64,000 nucleotides of DNA, taken from assembly GCA_030390025.1 (NCBI GenBank), contig CM059432.1, positions 25,608,001 through 25,672,000 of the forward strand, read 5' to 3'. This stretch comes from Squalus acanthias (Eukaryota). A program made the translations under genes and the position numbers. Below the pieces are notes generated by a model. The model had not been told where the DNA came from. It saw nothing but the letters and a program-made list of their open reading frames with translations, and ran no database searches. Below are positions 32,781 to 46,300 of this stretch, piece by piece (within the stretch, counting starts at the first letter, position 1; each line of letters opens with the position of its first letter).

Positions 32781-33469
32781 GAGACGTAAGGAACACCTAT
32801 ACACAACAGGTGTTTAGTAGTACCAGTGCCTTCGGTAACCATTAAACAATTCAAAAGGTCATCATAAGGAGTACAATAATTTGTGGGGGAACCGATTCGC
32901 ACTTCACTACCAGCACTTTACACTGGATTTGTCACAGACTCTTTTCCCTGGCCTGGAGGAACATGGTTCCTTTAAGCTGCTGTAGGTGCCAATCATACAG
33001 CAGCAGGGAATTTCTCTTCCCACCCCTATGGAATCATATGGAGACATAGTGGGAAAAACCCTGTCAGGAGAAAGTAAGGAGAGTTTAAATTATGTTGGCT
33101 CCAGAAAATTCTCCAGGATCAGCAGCACGTCTGTCGGGGGGAGGCGGGTGTGGGGAATGTATTGCCTTGCCACACTTATAACAGTGTCTATGCCAGCGTG
33201 TCAATGAGTGGAGTGAGAATGAGAGAGTTTGTGACTGAATGAGGAAAGACAGCATAGGAATGAGCGCAGGGAGAAAGAGAAAGAGAGTGATTGAGTGCAG
33301 GGAGAGAGAGCTTGGCAATGAGTGTGACAAAGGAGCATGTGAATGAAGAGCATTGAGAGAGCACTTAATTTATCATAATCACAAGCTGTCTTGTTGGTTT
33401 AGCCATTCACCGCCAGACCTGGCTGCACCACAAGACATTATCGGGTCCTGCTTTCATCTGCCAAAATTT

Positions 33470-35442
33470 CTCATTATTCCAGAGTCATTCTGGAATGCAA
33501 AGATAAGCTCCGGCTTCTATTCTCCACTGCTAACCGTCTTCTTGAACCCCTCTCCTCTCTCTCCTCCACCCTCACCTCTCTCTCAATGCTCTTCATTCAC
33601 ATGCTCCTTTTTCACACTCATTGCCAAGTGTAAGGAGCTCATGGACTTCTTTGTCTCTAAGATTGAGACCATTCGTTCAGCTGCCTCTGCCACTTCCCTT
33701 CCTTCTCCATGCCCACCGGGCCAACCTTCTTCTAAGGGTCTCCCTGCCCTAGCCCTGAACCCACATCTTTCTCCAGTTTCTCTCCCATCTCCCCTCAGGA
33801 CCTCTCCGCGCTCATCTTGTCCATGAGACCCACTTCATGCTCTCTCAATCCTAATCTCACCAACCTGCTGACCACCCAACTTCCTTTTCTGGCTCCCATG
33901 ATAGCTGACATTGTTAACGGTTCTCTCTCCTCAGGTACTGTCCCCCTCTCCCACAAATCTGCCATCATCAACCCTCTCCTCAAAAAAAAACCCTTGAACT
34001 CTCTGTCCTTGCAAACAACCGCCCCATCTCCAACCTTTCTTTCCTCTCCAAAGTCCTTGAACGTGTTGTCGTCTCTCAAATCTGTGCCCATCTTTCCCGC
34101 AATTCCATGTTTGAATCCCTCCAATCAGGTTTCTGCCCTGCCACAGTACCAAAATGGCTCTCATCAAAGTCACAAATGACACCCTTTGTGACTGTGACTA
34201 AGGTAAACTATCCGTCCTCGTCCTTCTTGACTTGTCTGCAGCCTTTGACACGGCTGACCACTCCATCCTCCTCCAACGCCTCTCCAGCTGGGTGGGACTG
34301 CACTCTCCTGGTTCCATTCTTATCCATCTAATCATAGCCAGGGAATCACCTGCAATGGCTTCTCTTCCCGCTTCCGCATCGTTACCTCTGGTGTCCCCCA
34401 AGGATCTATCCTTGGCCCCCTCCTATTTCTCATCTACATGCTGCCCCTCAGTGACATCATCTGAAAACAGTGTCAGTTTCCACATGTACACTGACGATAC
34501 CCAGCTCTACCTCACCACCACTTCTCTTGACCCTTTCACGGTCTCTAAATTGTCAGACTGCTTGTCCAGTTCTGGAAGAGCAGAAATTTTCTCCAATTAA
34601 ATATTGGGAAGACAGAAGCCATTGTTTTCGGTCCCTGACACAAACTCCGTTCCCTAGCCACTGACTCCATCCCTCTCCCTAACATCTGTCTGAGGCTAAA
34701 CCACACTGTTCGCAACCTTGGTGTCATATTTGACCCTGAAATGAGCTTCCGACCACATATCCGCAGCATAATTAAGACCGCCTATTTCCACCTCCGTAAC
34801 ATCGCCCGTCTCCGCCCTTGCCTCAGCTCATCCGCTGCTGAAACCCTCATCCATGCCTTTGTTACCTCTAGACTGGACTATTCCAATGCACTCCTGGTTG
34901 GCCTCCCTCATTCTACCCTATGTAAACTTGAGGTCATCCAAAACTCGGCTGCCCATGTCCTAACTCGCAACAAGTTCCGTTCACCCATCATCCCTGTGCT
35001 CGCTGACCTACATTGGCGCCCGGTTAAGCAACGCCTCGATTTCAAAATTCTCATCTTTGTTTTCAATTCCCTCCATGGCTTCGCCCCTCCCTATCTATGT
35101 AATCTCCTCCAGCCCCACAACCCCCTGAGGTATCTGCGCTCCTCTAATTCTGCCCTCTTGAGCATCCCTGATTATATTCGCTCAATGATTGGTGGCCGTG
35201 CCTTCTGTTGCCTATGCCCTAAGCTCTGGAATTCCCTGCCTAAACCTCTCTGCTTCTCTATCTCTCGTTCGTCCTTTAAGATGCTCCTTAAAACCTATCT
35301 CTTTGACCAAGGCTTTGCTCATCTGCCATAATCTGTCCTTATGTGGCTCGGTGTCAAATTTTTTGTCTTATAATACTGCTGTGAAGCACCTTAGGATGTT
35401 TTACTACGTTAAAGGTGCTATATAAATACAAGTAGTTGTTGT
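33470..35442 (+). mobile_element. L2 LINE 3' portion (RT and 3' UTR)
   Basis: [52 protein letters not shown]-like motifs; GTTGTTG tail. Confidence 0.9.
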
Positions 35443-36431
35443 CTCTCCACACTGAATCAAGAGTAGAGAAAGAGAAGATGTCAATGGAGAGTGTAGAAAT
35501 TGGTACACATGGCACCTGTTTTTTGAGCATAAAATGGGTGCAAAACGTACCACTTTAGCAGTTGGAAGGCCTGTGCACAATCTGCGCAGGCTTTGGTCCT
35601 ACCATTAAATTTCTAAGGACCACTATTTTGGGCAACCCGGGCAAACACCTAAATCAGCCATTAGGCCTCTAAAATATGTTAATGAGGAGCCTTATGCCAG
35701 TTAAAGGGACCCCGCCACAAAAAAATCCCCGATGAGAGGGGTGGGCGTGACTGTTGCGCCTGCCCCTCTCAGGATTTTGTGGCTGCCAAGTAAAAAGGTA
35801 AGTTTTTAAAAATGTAATGAAAAAAGACTTTCTGTGGAGCAAGGAGGAGCAGGAGCTCTCCCGCTGACTCCACTGTCCTGACGATTGCTCTCCTCCTCTG
35901 TTGCCCAAAATCAGGCCCAGACTCATTTCTACTCCATTATGTCTTTGTGACTCCGTTATTGGTAAAGGATGCAATCTTGCTAGAGTTCCCACAGACTACC
36001 AGTTATCGCATTTTAGAAACACTTCTATGTAGCTGACCTTTGAAAGCATTAAGAGTAGCATTTGGTTAACTCACTTACACTGGGATTCTTTTTATAGTAG
36101 TTTGAAGTATTTAAGGTGAAACTCTGTTCACCTGAATGCAGAAGTTTTATTGAAAGCCTAATGAAAGTTAGATGAAGATCCTGGAGGATTTAGCAAGCAG
36201 TGGAGAGAGTTACGGAATGCAAAGTGATAACAGCATAAATTTTAAACGCTAAGAAAAGCACCGTATAGCAGTGACACTACATGGTATTTTAGCAAAATTA
36301 AGAGGACTGAAGAAAGAAAATGACATTGAATTCTCACAGAAAAATCCCAGAAGTGACCCTATTGCATCACCGAGAAGAACATTACTATCCGATGCCATGC
36401 TGCTTACGGAAAGGTTGTATGGCCACATCAC

Positions 36432-37005
36432 TAACAACAACAACTTGTATTTATATAGCGCCTTTAATGTAGTAAAACGTCCCAAGGCACTTCACAGGGG
36501 CATTAACAAACAAAATTTGACACCGAACCACATAAGGAGATATTGGGGCAGATGACCAAAAGCTTGGTCAAAGAGGTAGGTATGTTTTAAGGCATTTTAA
36601 ACGAGTTAGAGAGGAGGAGAGGTTTAGGGAGGGAATTCCAGAGCTTAGGGCCTAGGCAGCTGAAGGCATGGCCACCAAAGGTGGAGCGATTAAAATCGAG
36701 GACGTGCAAGAGGCCTCGGGGAGTTGTAGGGCTGGAGGAAGTTACAGAGATAGGAAGGGTCAAGGCCATGGAGGAATTTGAAAATAAGGATGAAATTTTA
36801 AAATCGAAGCATTGCTCAACCAGGATCCAATGTCGGTCAGCGAGCACAGGGATGATGGGTGAACGGGACTTGGTGCGAGGTAGGATACAGGCAGCAGAGT
36901 TTTGGAGGAGCTTAAGTTTATGGAAGGTGGTAGATGCGAGGCCGGCCAGGAGTATGTTGGAATAATCAAGTCTCGAGGTAACAAAGGCATGGATTAGGGT
37001 TTCCA
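36432..37005 (-). mobile_element. L2 LINE 3' end
   Basis: ETLIHAFVTSRLDYSN...LQNSAA; (AAC)n tail on the + strand. Confidence 0.88.
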
Positions 37006-37379
37006 AGAGACAGCTTCAAGATTGGGTGTAGAGCTTCTTGAATGGTGTTTCAGCTGCACCCATCCAGGCAAGTGATGGGTATTCTGTTACAATAATATTT
37101 GTCAATACAAAACGGCCAATACTTTGAGATTAGCTTCCATCTATTCTACAAATACATCCCCCACACATCCTTTGTAGATACAATACAGTGTAACTCATCA
37201 TTCCCTATTCCATCAACTCTTTCCGCCACTGTGACCCACTGAAACTCTTGTACTCTATCTTATCACCTCCTTCTCTGCTTTCCTGAAGTCCTTCTCTTCA
37301 ATTGGATTCTCCCCCCCACCCCAAATCTTCCATTACTCCCTTTTCCCCTCCTGCTTGTTCTGTTGTCTGCCCTATAAAG

Positions 37380-39042
37380 TGCATTGAGAATACTTTGCAT
37401 CAGTCTTCACAAAAGAAAGGGACAATGCAGACATTGTAGTGAAGGAGGAGGAGTGTGAAATATTAGATGAGATAAACATAGTGAGAGAAGAAGTATTAAG
37501 GGGTTTAGCATCTTTGAAATTGCCAGGCTCGGATGAAATGTATCCCAAGCTGTTAAGAGAAGCAAGGGAGGAAATAGCGGAGGCTCTGACCATCATTTTC
37601 CAATCCTCTCTGGCTACAGGTGTGGTGCCGGAGGACTGGAGAACTGCTAACGTTGTACCATTGTTTAAAAAGGAAGAAAGGAATAGACCGAGTAATTACA
37701 GGCCAGCCAGCCTAACCTCAGTGGTGGGCAAATTGTTGGAATAAATTCTGAGGGACAGTATTAATCATCATTTAGAAAGGCACAATTAATCAAGGACAAT
37801 CAGCATGGAAGGTCGTATCTGACTAACTTGATTACATTTTTTGAGGAGGTAACAAGGAGGGTTGATGAGGGTAGTGTGTTTGATGTAGTCTACATGGATT
37901 TTAGCAAGGCTTTTGACAAGGTCCCACATGGCAGACTGGTCAGAACAGTAAAAGCCCATGGGATCCAAGGGAAAGTGGCAAGTTGCATCCAAAATTGGCT
38001 CAGTGGCAGGAAGCAAAGGGTAATGGTCGATGGATGTTTTTGTGACTGGAAAGCTGTTTCCAGTGGGGTTCTGCAGGGCTCAGTGCTAGGTCCCTTGCTT
38101 TTTGTGGTATATATCAATGATTTAGACTTCAATGTAGGGAGCATGATTAAGAAGTTTGTAGATGATACAAAAATTGGCCGTGTGGTTGATAATGAGGAAG
38201 AAAGCTGTAGACTGCAGGAAGATATCAATGGACTGGTCAGGTGGGCAGGTGGGCAGGAAAGTGGCAAATGGAATTCAATCCCGAGAAGTGTGAGGCAAGG
38301 GAATACGCAATAAATGGTAGGATACTGAGAAGTGCAGAGGAACAGAGAGACCTTGGAGTGCATGTCTGAAGGTAGCAGGACAGGTAGATAAGGTGGTTAA
38401 GAAGGCATGCGGGATACTTTCCTTTATTAGCCAAGGCATGGAATATAAGAGCAGGGAGATTATGCTAGAACTGTATAAAACACTAGTTTGACCACAGCTA
38501 AAGTACTGCATACAGTTCTGGTCACCACATTACAGGAAAGATGTGATTGCACTAGAGAGGGTACAGAGGAGATTTACGAGGATGTTGTCAGGACTGGAGA
38601 ATTTTAGCTATGAGGGAAAATTGGATAGGCTGGGGTTGTTTTCTTTGGAACAGAGGAGCTGAGGGGAGACTTGATTGAGGTGTATAAAATGATGAGGGGC
38701 CTAGATAGAGTGGATAGGAAGGACCTATTTCCCCCAGCAGTGAGGTCAATAACCATAGATTTAAAGAGGGTAGAAGGATTAGAGGGGAGTTGAGGAGAAC
38801 TTTTTTCACCCAGAGGACGGTGAGGGAGTGGAACTCACTGCCTCAAAGGGTGGTAGAGGCAGAAACACTCATTACATTTAAAAAGTACTTGGATATGCAC
38901 TTGAAGTGCCATAACCTACAAGGCTGCGGACAAGAACTGGAAATGGGATTAGGATAGATAGCTCTTTTGCGGCCGGCACAGACACATTGGGTCAAACGGC
39001 CTCCTTCTGTGCCAAAAATTTCTATGATTCTATGATTCTATG
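37380..39042 (+). mobile_element. CR1 LINE 3' portion (degraded RT)
   Basis: [43 protein letters not shown]; (TTCTATGA)n tail. Confidence 0.9.
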
Positions 39043-39117
39043 TCTCTCTGTGCATAAGGAGCGCAATCGAAATGCAAGTTGTTGTTGGTGCCTATATTAG
39101 GGCAATTCAGCAACAAC

Positions 39118-39881
39118 GGGCCAGAAATTCGGGTCTCCACGGGTGAGTACGCGCTGTGTACTCACCCGTAGGCCCAACGAAAGTGCCGGTTTCGCGCATG
39201 CACTGCGCATGCGCGGGAAACCGGAACTTCCGTTCCCTTGAAGGAAGGGGTTCACAGGTCAAACGCATGCGCCGGAGAGGCAGCGCGTACACCTGGAACT
39301 TCGGCTTATTTTACAGGTTTCTCCGTGCGGGTAAGTCCCTAGCAGCTGCGTGGGGAAAAAGCAGGCGCAAGGCCTGCTTTTAACAAGGTAAGTGGTGAAT
39401 TAAGTAAAATTAAAACATTTTTTCCACAGTTTTATTATTTTTAAACACTTCAAAGAAAGGTAAGTTTATTTTTAGCCCCGTTAAAAACTTTAATTAATTT
39501 TTCAAAAATTTAAATTATTGTTTAAAATAGTTATTTTATGTAATTTATAGTTATTTTAAAAATGTGATTTTTAAAAAAAAATTATTTGAAGTTTTAGTTA
39601 GGTTTTGGGGCCGATCTCTATTCATAGATTTGACAGGATTTCCTGTCAAATCTATGAATGGAGATTCCCTGCTCCGATTGGCTCTCCATGGCCCACGTGA
39701 TCCCAGGGGAACGCTGCGAACTAGCTTCGCCGCTGGGATACGCGAGCACTGCACACCGGCAGCTGGAGGAGGCCCAGGACTCGAATCCCACGCGGGCCCA
39801 CAGCACAACGGCAGGCGCGCTAGGTAAGTGCAGGTCAGGGGCTTGCACCCGCGGGAAGCCTCCGACCCGAATTTCTGGCCC
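39118..39881. mobile_element. Harbinger-type MITE (764 bp)
   Basis: Perfect 18-bp TIR GGGCCAGAAATTCGGGTC/GACCCGAATTTCTGGCCC; TSD AAC at 39115-39117 and 39882-39884. Confidence 0.88.
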
Positions 39882-40699
39882 AACATATATTCATTCAGGT
39901 ATACTTTTATTTGAGTGATGTGTTGTGAGTTTGCTTAGCAGTTTAAGACATTCTGCAGAAGTACATACATGGTGTATAGTGGGACTGAAATAGATTGTGA
40001 AATGTAATATTTGTGTGTAACTCACCAAAACATTTCACTCACAGTATTGTGTTTGAAAGCAACCCATAGAAACTGTCAGGTTTTCTTTGTATTGACTCAT
40101 TCCCATTTATCTTAATGCTTTGCTGTTTTTTAAACAATATGAAAAGCAACAGGTGGTGGAGAGAAATTTCACCCTCCATTGCTATGGGGCAAGATGGAGG
40201 TTGCTATAGAAATATAAGTTTAGAAAATCTGAATGGGAGGCTGGTAGTGACCCGTGAGATTGAGTCTCCAACGCTGTCAATTTCGATTTGTACACTCTTC
40301 AGTTGATTTCTCTGCCTTCATGCAATAACCTACGGGGGAATAATATGAAAATGTGTATCCGAACTTCTCATTATTTCTCTTTTCCTTTCTCTTTCTCGGT
40401 TCGGTTTCTTTCTCTCAGTAGGAACCTATCTCTGTCTCTGTGTCTGGCTGTCATTTCTCTCTTTTGCTCTAATGCTGTACCATTAGTGCCTCCAAAGGCT
40501 TGGAGCTCCACCTCAAGCAGTGTCTTTTCATAACACCATGAGTGGCAACAACGGCAACTTGCATTTATATAGCACCATTAATGTTACAAAACATCCCAAG
40601 GTGCTTCACAGTTGGGTGTCAGTCTCAAACAGGAATAGCAGGGGGAGATTCGGAGAGATGGCGGAAAGCACAGTCAAAAAGGTAAATTTGAAAAAAAGT

Positions 40700-41710
40700 A
40701 AAAAGAAAGACTTGCGTTTATAAAGCGCCTTTTCCAACCTCAGGACGTCCCAAAGCATTATTAAAGCCAATGAAGTACTTATAAAGTGTAGTCACTGTTG
40801 TAATGTAGTTTGTGCAGAGTAAAGTCCCAGCAATGAGATAATGACCAGATAATCTGTTTTTTTTTCTCTTTTTGATAAACCAATAACGTAACTGTAACTC
40901 AATAAAACTTTAAAGGAAACTTAACAAATTAAATTAAAATTTGGTAGTCCGGGGTGACGATGCACTCCAGTCCCCGCGGCGCCCACCGGTCGCGGAAAAA
41001 CTCAAGCGTGCCGGCGGACACCGCGTGCTCCATCTCCAGGGCCACCCAGGCGCGAACATGGCCGCGGAAGTGAGGCAGGCAATCGGGCCGAACGACCCCC
41101 TCGACCGCCCGCTGCCTGGACCAATTAATGGCTTTCTTAGCCAGGCCCAGGAGCAGTCCCACGAGGAGGTCCTCCGACCTGCCCGCTCCCCTCCGCACCG
41201 GGTGACCGTAGATCAGGAGCGTGGGGCTGAAGTGCAACCAGAAATTGAGGAGCAGCCCCTTCAAGTAATGAAAGAGGGGCTGCAACCTCTCACACTCAAC
41301 ATATGTGTGAAACACGGACTCCTCCAGGCCGCAGAAATGGCAAGCGGCCTGGGAGTCCGTAAACCTACTTAACAATCTATTGCACGGGACTGCTCCGTGC
41401 AACACCCTCCAGGCCAAGTCCCCAATAGAACAAGGGAAGACTCCCGCGTAGAGAGCCCTCCATTGGGGACCTTCGCCTCCGCCGGACGGCAAGATGGTAC
41501 GCCAAGGCGTGTCCGGACGGCAGACGAAGATGGCAAAGTGGAGAGTGCAGATAATCTGTTTTAGGTGTTGGTTGAGGGATAAATGTTGGCAAGCAGTCTG
41601 CTCTTATTCAAATAATGCCATAATTATGTGCTCGATTCTCTGGAGTGGGATTTGAACCCTCAACCTTCTAATTCAGAGGTAAGAGTGCTACCACTGAGCC
41701 AAGGCTGACA
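40700..41710 (-). mobile_element. Deu-type SINE split by the Tx1 fragment
   Basis: Tail at 40700-40860 and tRNA-like head at 41640-41710 match the 42950-43420 copy. Confidence 0.65.
40861..41547 (-). mobile_element. 5'-truncated Tx1/L1-clade retrotransposon (ORF2 C-terminal zinc knuckle, poly-A) inserted in a Deu-SINE
   Basis: WRVLHGAV...CHFCGLEESVFHTYVEC; T-run at 40857-40873; 15-bp TSD CAGATAATCTGTTTT at 40846-40860 and 41548-41562. Confidence 0.85.
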
Positions 41711-41742
41711 GAATCTTTAGGAGGTAGGGATAAACATACCAA

Positions 41743-42398
41743 GATGGAAAGGGTGCAGAGGAGGACCACTAGACTAATTTCCAGTTTAAAGCATCTTAGT
41801 TATCCAGATAGGCTAAAAGAGTTGGGACTCTACACTTTAGAGAAGCGTAGACTTAAGGGTGATCTGATTGAGGTTTATAAGATAATGAATGGAATAGATT
41901 GTGTTCCAGTTGACAGCTTGTTCCAATTAAATAGATTAGGGAGGACCAGGGGTCACAAATTTAAGTTGTATAAGGCCTAGATCTAGGTTAGAGGTCAGGA
42001 GATGGTTCTTTTCCCAGAGAATAGTGGATCTCTGGAACAGGCTGCTTTCTCGTGCGGTGGTTGCTGATTCACTGAATTCCTTCAAGCAAGAGCTGGACCT
42101 GTTTCTGGCTGGGGCAGAGATCACCTCTTACAGAAGATAGGTACTGCAGGGAATTCAGGGCCAGGGTGCTCTGCTGGACTAGTTTCAATCGCCTAGATGG
42201 ATCGGAGAGAAATTCCCAGATTTTGTTTCCCGAAATTGGCTTGGGTTTTTTAAATGGTTTTTCGCCTCTCCCAGGAGACTGCATGGTTTCGGGTGGGGTG
42301 GAGTGTATATATTGTGATACACAAGGTATCGCAATGTGTGGGACAGGCTCGATGGAGCAGAGGGTCTTTACCTGTCTGTCATTGTTCGTATGTTTGTA
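41743..42398 (+). mobile_element. CR1-like 3' end with longer 3' UTR
   Basis: MERVQRRTTRLI...LEKRRLKGDLIEVYK...TRGHKFKL. Confidence 0.82.
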
Positions 42399-42589
42399 AG
42401 GGCTTTGGAGAAGAATTTCTAGAGTTTGGGAAGAAGGTGGCTGAAAACTTTGTAATGGAGGAGCGGAGGGATGTGGGAATGAGCCAGAGTTGGAAAAGTG
42501 AAAAGGTATGGGCAGGTAAACATAAATGTGTGTCACTTTGGTGCTCGAGGCCGCATTCTGCTGTTTTGTTTTGGCTAGGAGTGAGCTGT

Positions 42590-42830
42590 TCTCTCAGCCT
42601 GTCCATACAGGACAGTAATGCAGTTTTTACATTACTGACCTACTAAGACCTACATCCAACAGTGATGAAGGTCAATGGCCAGATGCAAACATGCGTTGGA
42701 AACAGTTGAGTCTTTAAGTCAGTTAACAATTTTTGAGCAAAGGTGGTTAAGTGAATTTGTGTGTGCTCAAGTGCTTCAATGTCGCTGCCGGTGTTCTGAC
42801 TTCCATCCTGCAAATGTAAACAGTACAAAT
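42590..42830 (-). pseudogene. Possible decayed hAT transposase C-terminal dimerisation region
   Basis: Weak: FPT...LTFITVGCRS...KTALLSCMDRL resembles FPNL..ALT...CERSFS..KT.LRS.M...RL; has stops. Confidence 0.3.
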
Positions 42831-42949
42831 TCAGAACAGCTTAATACATTGGATGACCTCTTCCACAATATAAACAAACCATCAGTCTGGTTATCTGGTC
42901 CTCCTTGAACTCTTTCATGATCATGCAATGATCAGAATTTCAGGCTCCA

Positions 42950-43420
42950 AAGAAAAGAAAGGCTTGCATTTATATAGCGCCTTTCATGACCTCCGGACCT
43001 CCCAAAGCGCTTTACAGCCAATGAAGTACTTTTTTTTTGGAGTGTAGTCACTGTTGTAATGTGGGAAAATGTAGCAGCCAATTTGCGCACAGCAAGCTCC
43101 CACAAACGGCAATGTGATAATCACCAGATCATCTGTTGATGTTGACTGAGGGATAAATATTTTCCAGGACACCAGACAGAATTCCCCAGCTCTTCTTCGA
43201 AATAGTGCCATGGGATATTTAACATCCACCTGAGAGAGCTAGACAGGGCCGCGGTTTAATGTCTCATCTGAAAGACGGCACCTCCGACAGTGCAGCACTC
43301 CCTTAGTATTGCACTGGAGAGTCAGCCCTGGATTTTTGTGCTTAAGTCTCTGGAGTGGGACTTGAACCCACAACCTTCTGGCTCAGAGGCGAGAGTGGTA
43401 ACTACTGAGCCACGGCTGAC
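42950..43420 (-). mobile_element. Deu-domain SINE, full length
   Basis: Minus strand has A-box GTGGCTCAGTAG, B-box GGTTCAAGTCC, Deu core and L2-type tail. Confidence 0.82.
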
Positions 43421-45555
43421 AAGTGGGGTTATAGTGCTATAGAGTAGGCAGAGTTGTCTATGGTGGGCAGCTAGCTGGGCTTGATCTCGTGGTGCCATTG
43501 TCACGGTTAATTCATTCTCTCCCGAGATCGAAAAACTCCTGGTTCAGGATGTTCCGGGCTTTTCTGAAGCCTCAGCAGGACTTGTACCAGCTGTCAGTTG
43601 GACAGAATTTGCAGGGTGTCCCGGGAACTCCCCCAGACAGGCTCCGTTGATGTGGGGCCATGGGGGAAAGGCTCGCTTTGGAGGATTTGACCCAAGGCCT
43701 GATCAGAATGTCAGGCCCAAAAGTGCCAGGTGAAGGTAAAAGTGAGCTTGTTTTTAGACGTCTAAGGAGAATGAGTGGGCCTTTTTCCTAATGAGAAGAG
43801 ATATGCTTCCATCCATCCCCTTACTGGACATATTACTGGCAAGAGAACTAAATCAGCTTGAAAATTCACCCCTGATTCAGTTCAGTTTGAGAGAAATGGG
43901 GACACTCTAAGCTCACAGAGGTAAGTATAGGTAAGGGAGGCCACTCGACCCATCTAACTGAAGCTACGGTGTTCCACCTCATCACAGCAACTTGTCTCTT
44001 GAATAATTCCAGAATGTTCTCCCTCCCTGGACTTTAGCAGGTCAACTGAATGAGTATTAATGTATTGCTACAATCATAAAGCTCGGAGTTATCTTTAAAA
44101 AAACGCATTCTGGGTGGAATGATGGAATTCCAAGTATCACCTCACACCCACCCAGTAAGTTACCATTTGCCTACAATGTAAAGAATTAACTAACTGCTCT
44201 CCAGTGTTCTGATCTTCAGTGGATTAAACACATTTCATTCTGCTACATGTAAAGTAACAGTTATTTGTGTTTGTGGGTTACACTAAATAGAGGCTACAGG
44301 GGATTCCTACAAATAGTTCATTTGCTGCTTTTTCCAACACCCAAGCATCATGAAAGATTAATTTTCTTTTCTAAAAGAGCAGAAGAGTTATCTCCAGTGT
44401 TCTGGCCCATATTTATCCATCAACCAATATCACTAAATGATCATAAGAACATAAGAACATAAGAAATAGGAGCAGGAATAGGCCACTTGGCCCCTCGAGC
44501 CTGCTCCGCCATTCAATAAGATCATGGCTGATCTTGGGCTCAAAGACACTTCATGATGTCACCAGATCCCAAGAACAAGTATATTTAAAAATGAGATGGT
44601 CCCCCCCCACCCACACCCCCCCCGCCCCCCGCCCCGCCCCACCCCACAAGTCAAAGAATCTGCCAAAACTCACTGTCTTGTCTCAAGAATGAAGAATGTC
44701 TATTTGGGTAAGATACTAGAGGACAGCTAGCACCTCTAGAATTATGCCAGCATGCAAAAGAAAGAAAATAAATTGCATTCAAGTCTGGTATAAGTCCAAT
44801 TCCGAGATGCTTGATGCCTTCCCTAAATTATTTAAAGCATGGATCGGCTCAGATCAGATCTTCTTTAGACAGCACATTGATTTTTTACAGCTTAATCTAT
44901 ACCACAGCACAACTGAGAAGGAGTCAGCTAGGCTCGGCATGGACCCTATTCAAACATGCATAGACACACCTATTAGCATACTGGATACAGGTGACAGCTT
45001 GGCTCAGTTGATGGCACTCTCACTTTTGGGTTATAAGGTTCTGGGCTCAAGTATAGTCTGGTAAGATGGAAGGATGGGATCAAGTGGGCTCAATCATCCA
45101 AACCTATCTTGTCAGCATGATGTGTTTCCATTGCCAGCACAAATATTAATTTCTTCTCCCCTCCTCTCACATTTGATCTGAGACAGTGAGTGTCAGCGTA
45201 CTGTCTATTCAACAGTGGAGGCATTGCCATCAAGTCCACTTGTAACCTCAGCTGATGTCCACACATGCAAGCTTTCCAGACAGAGTCACTGGATGGCGAT
45301 CAGGAGGAATCAACCCCAATTCTTCCATTCTTAAGTAGTAGTGCTGTGGCCAGTTGCGGCATGCCTACTGATACCCCAGTTAAGATCAAAGATCAAGTGT
45401 TCAGGCATACATCTATGTGGCTCAGTACCATTTTCCACTAAGCCATCACCAGAACCTAATTGAAAAGCTGAAGATATCTTATTAATTTTCAATGCTACAA
45501 GGGTCTCACTGCATGGAATGGAAACCCATCTAATAAATAAAGGAACCAAACTTGA

Positions 45556-45724
45556 GGGTAGATTTTGCAAATTAGCACTTCCAGCGTAGAATTTTGTGCA
45601 ACAGGAGCCCAGACCAGGCATTCAGGTGCTGAAGTCAGTGCAGCCGCATGAATTTCAGTCCATGAATACGTGTTCCCCTCGCGTGAAGCTCTGCCCTAGG
45701 AGTTCTAATTTGCAAAATCTATCT
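45556..45724. mobile_element. Small MITE-like inverted repeat
   Basis: 17-bp IR TAGATTTTGCAAATTAG (45559-45575) / CTAATTTGCAAAATCTA (45705-45721). Confidence 0.55.
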
Positions 45725-45935
45725 GGTGCAGCCATTTGCACCATTCCTCTATTGTATACTAGCTGGCATGATAATATTTACAATTCTCCTGGCATTGTCT
45801 GTGACAGGCAATGATAAGAGACAGAAATGGTGCCCGATCGGAAAAGTTACATATTTTTCAAGCAAAGTTTTTGCAGTCAGTCTTTAGCTCGAGCACTGGC
45901 CTACAATTTGTACAGTCAAGGGGGTTCCTGTCGGT

Positions 45936-46300
45936 CTATGAACAAGGGGTAATTAAGGCTGTGGCCAGAGAGTGCTGCATTGATTCTCTTTTATACATCT
46001 CTTGGTATGAATCCAGGAGCACAGAAGGCAGTACATCAATGCAGGTCTTATAAAATTCAGCTGAAGATCCATCTAAAGCTGGTGATTTTCTCCGCAGTAT
46101 ATAAAAGATTGCATTCTGAACATCCAGCAGATCTAAGGGATGATCGAGGTTGAGTCTATCTACAGCTGAAGTATGTGTTAGTGAGATATGTGAGAGAGAA
46201 AAAATTGAGTGCAGATGTTGCACTGCTGAGCTAGACCCTGATTTATATCAGTTGTTTCTATAAACTCCTCATGCATTTATTTTATTGAGGTCTTGGATTT
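45936..46300 (-). mobile_element. Old L1/Tx1-type ORF2 fragment (start of RT)
   Basis: RKSPALDGSSAEFYK...SLATALIT resembles KSPGLDGFTAEFYK...SLxxAxIT. Confidence 0.6.
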
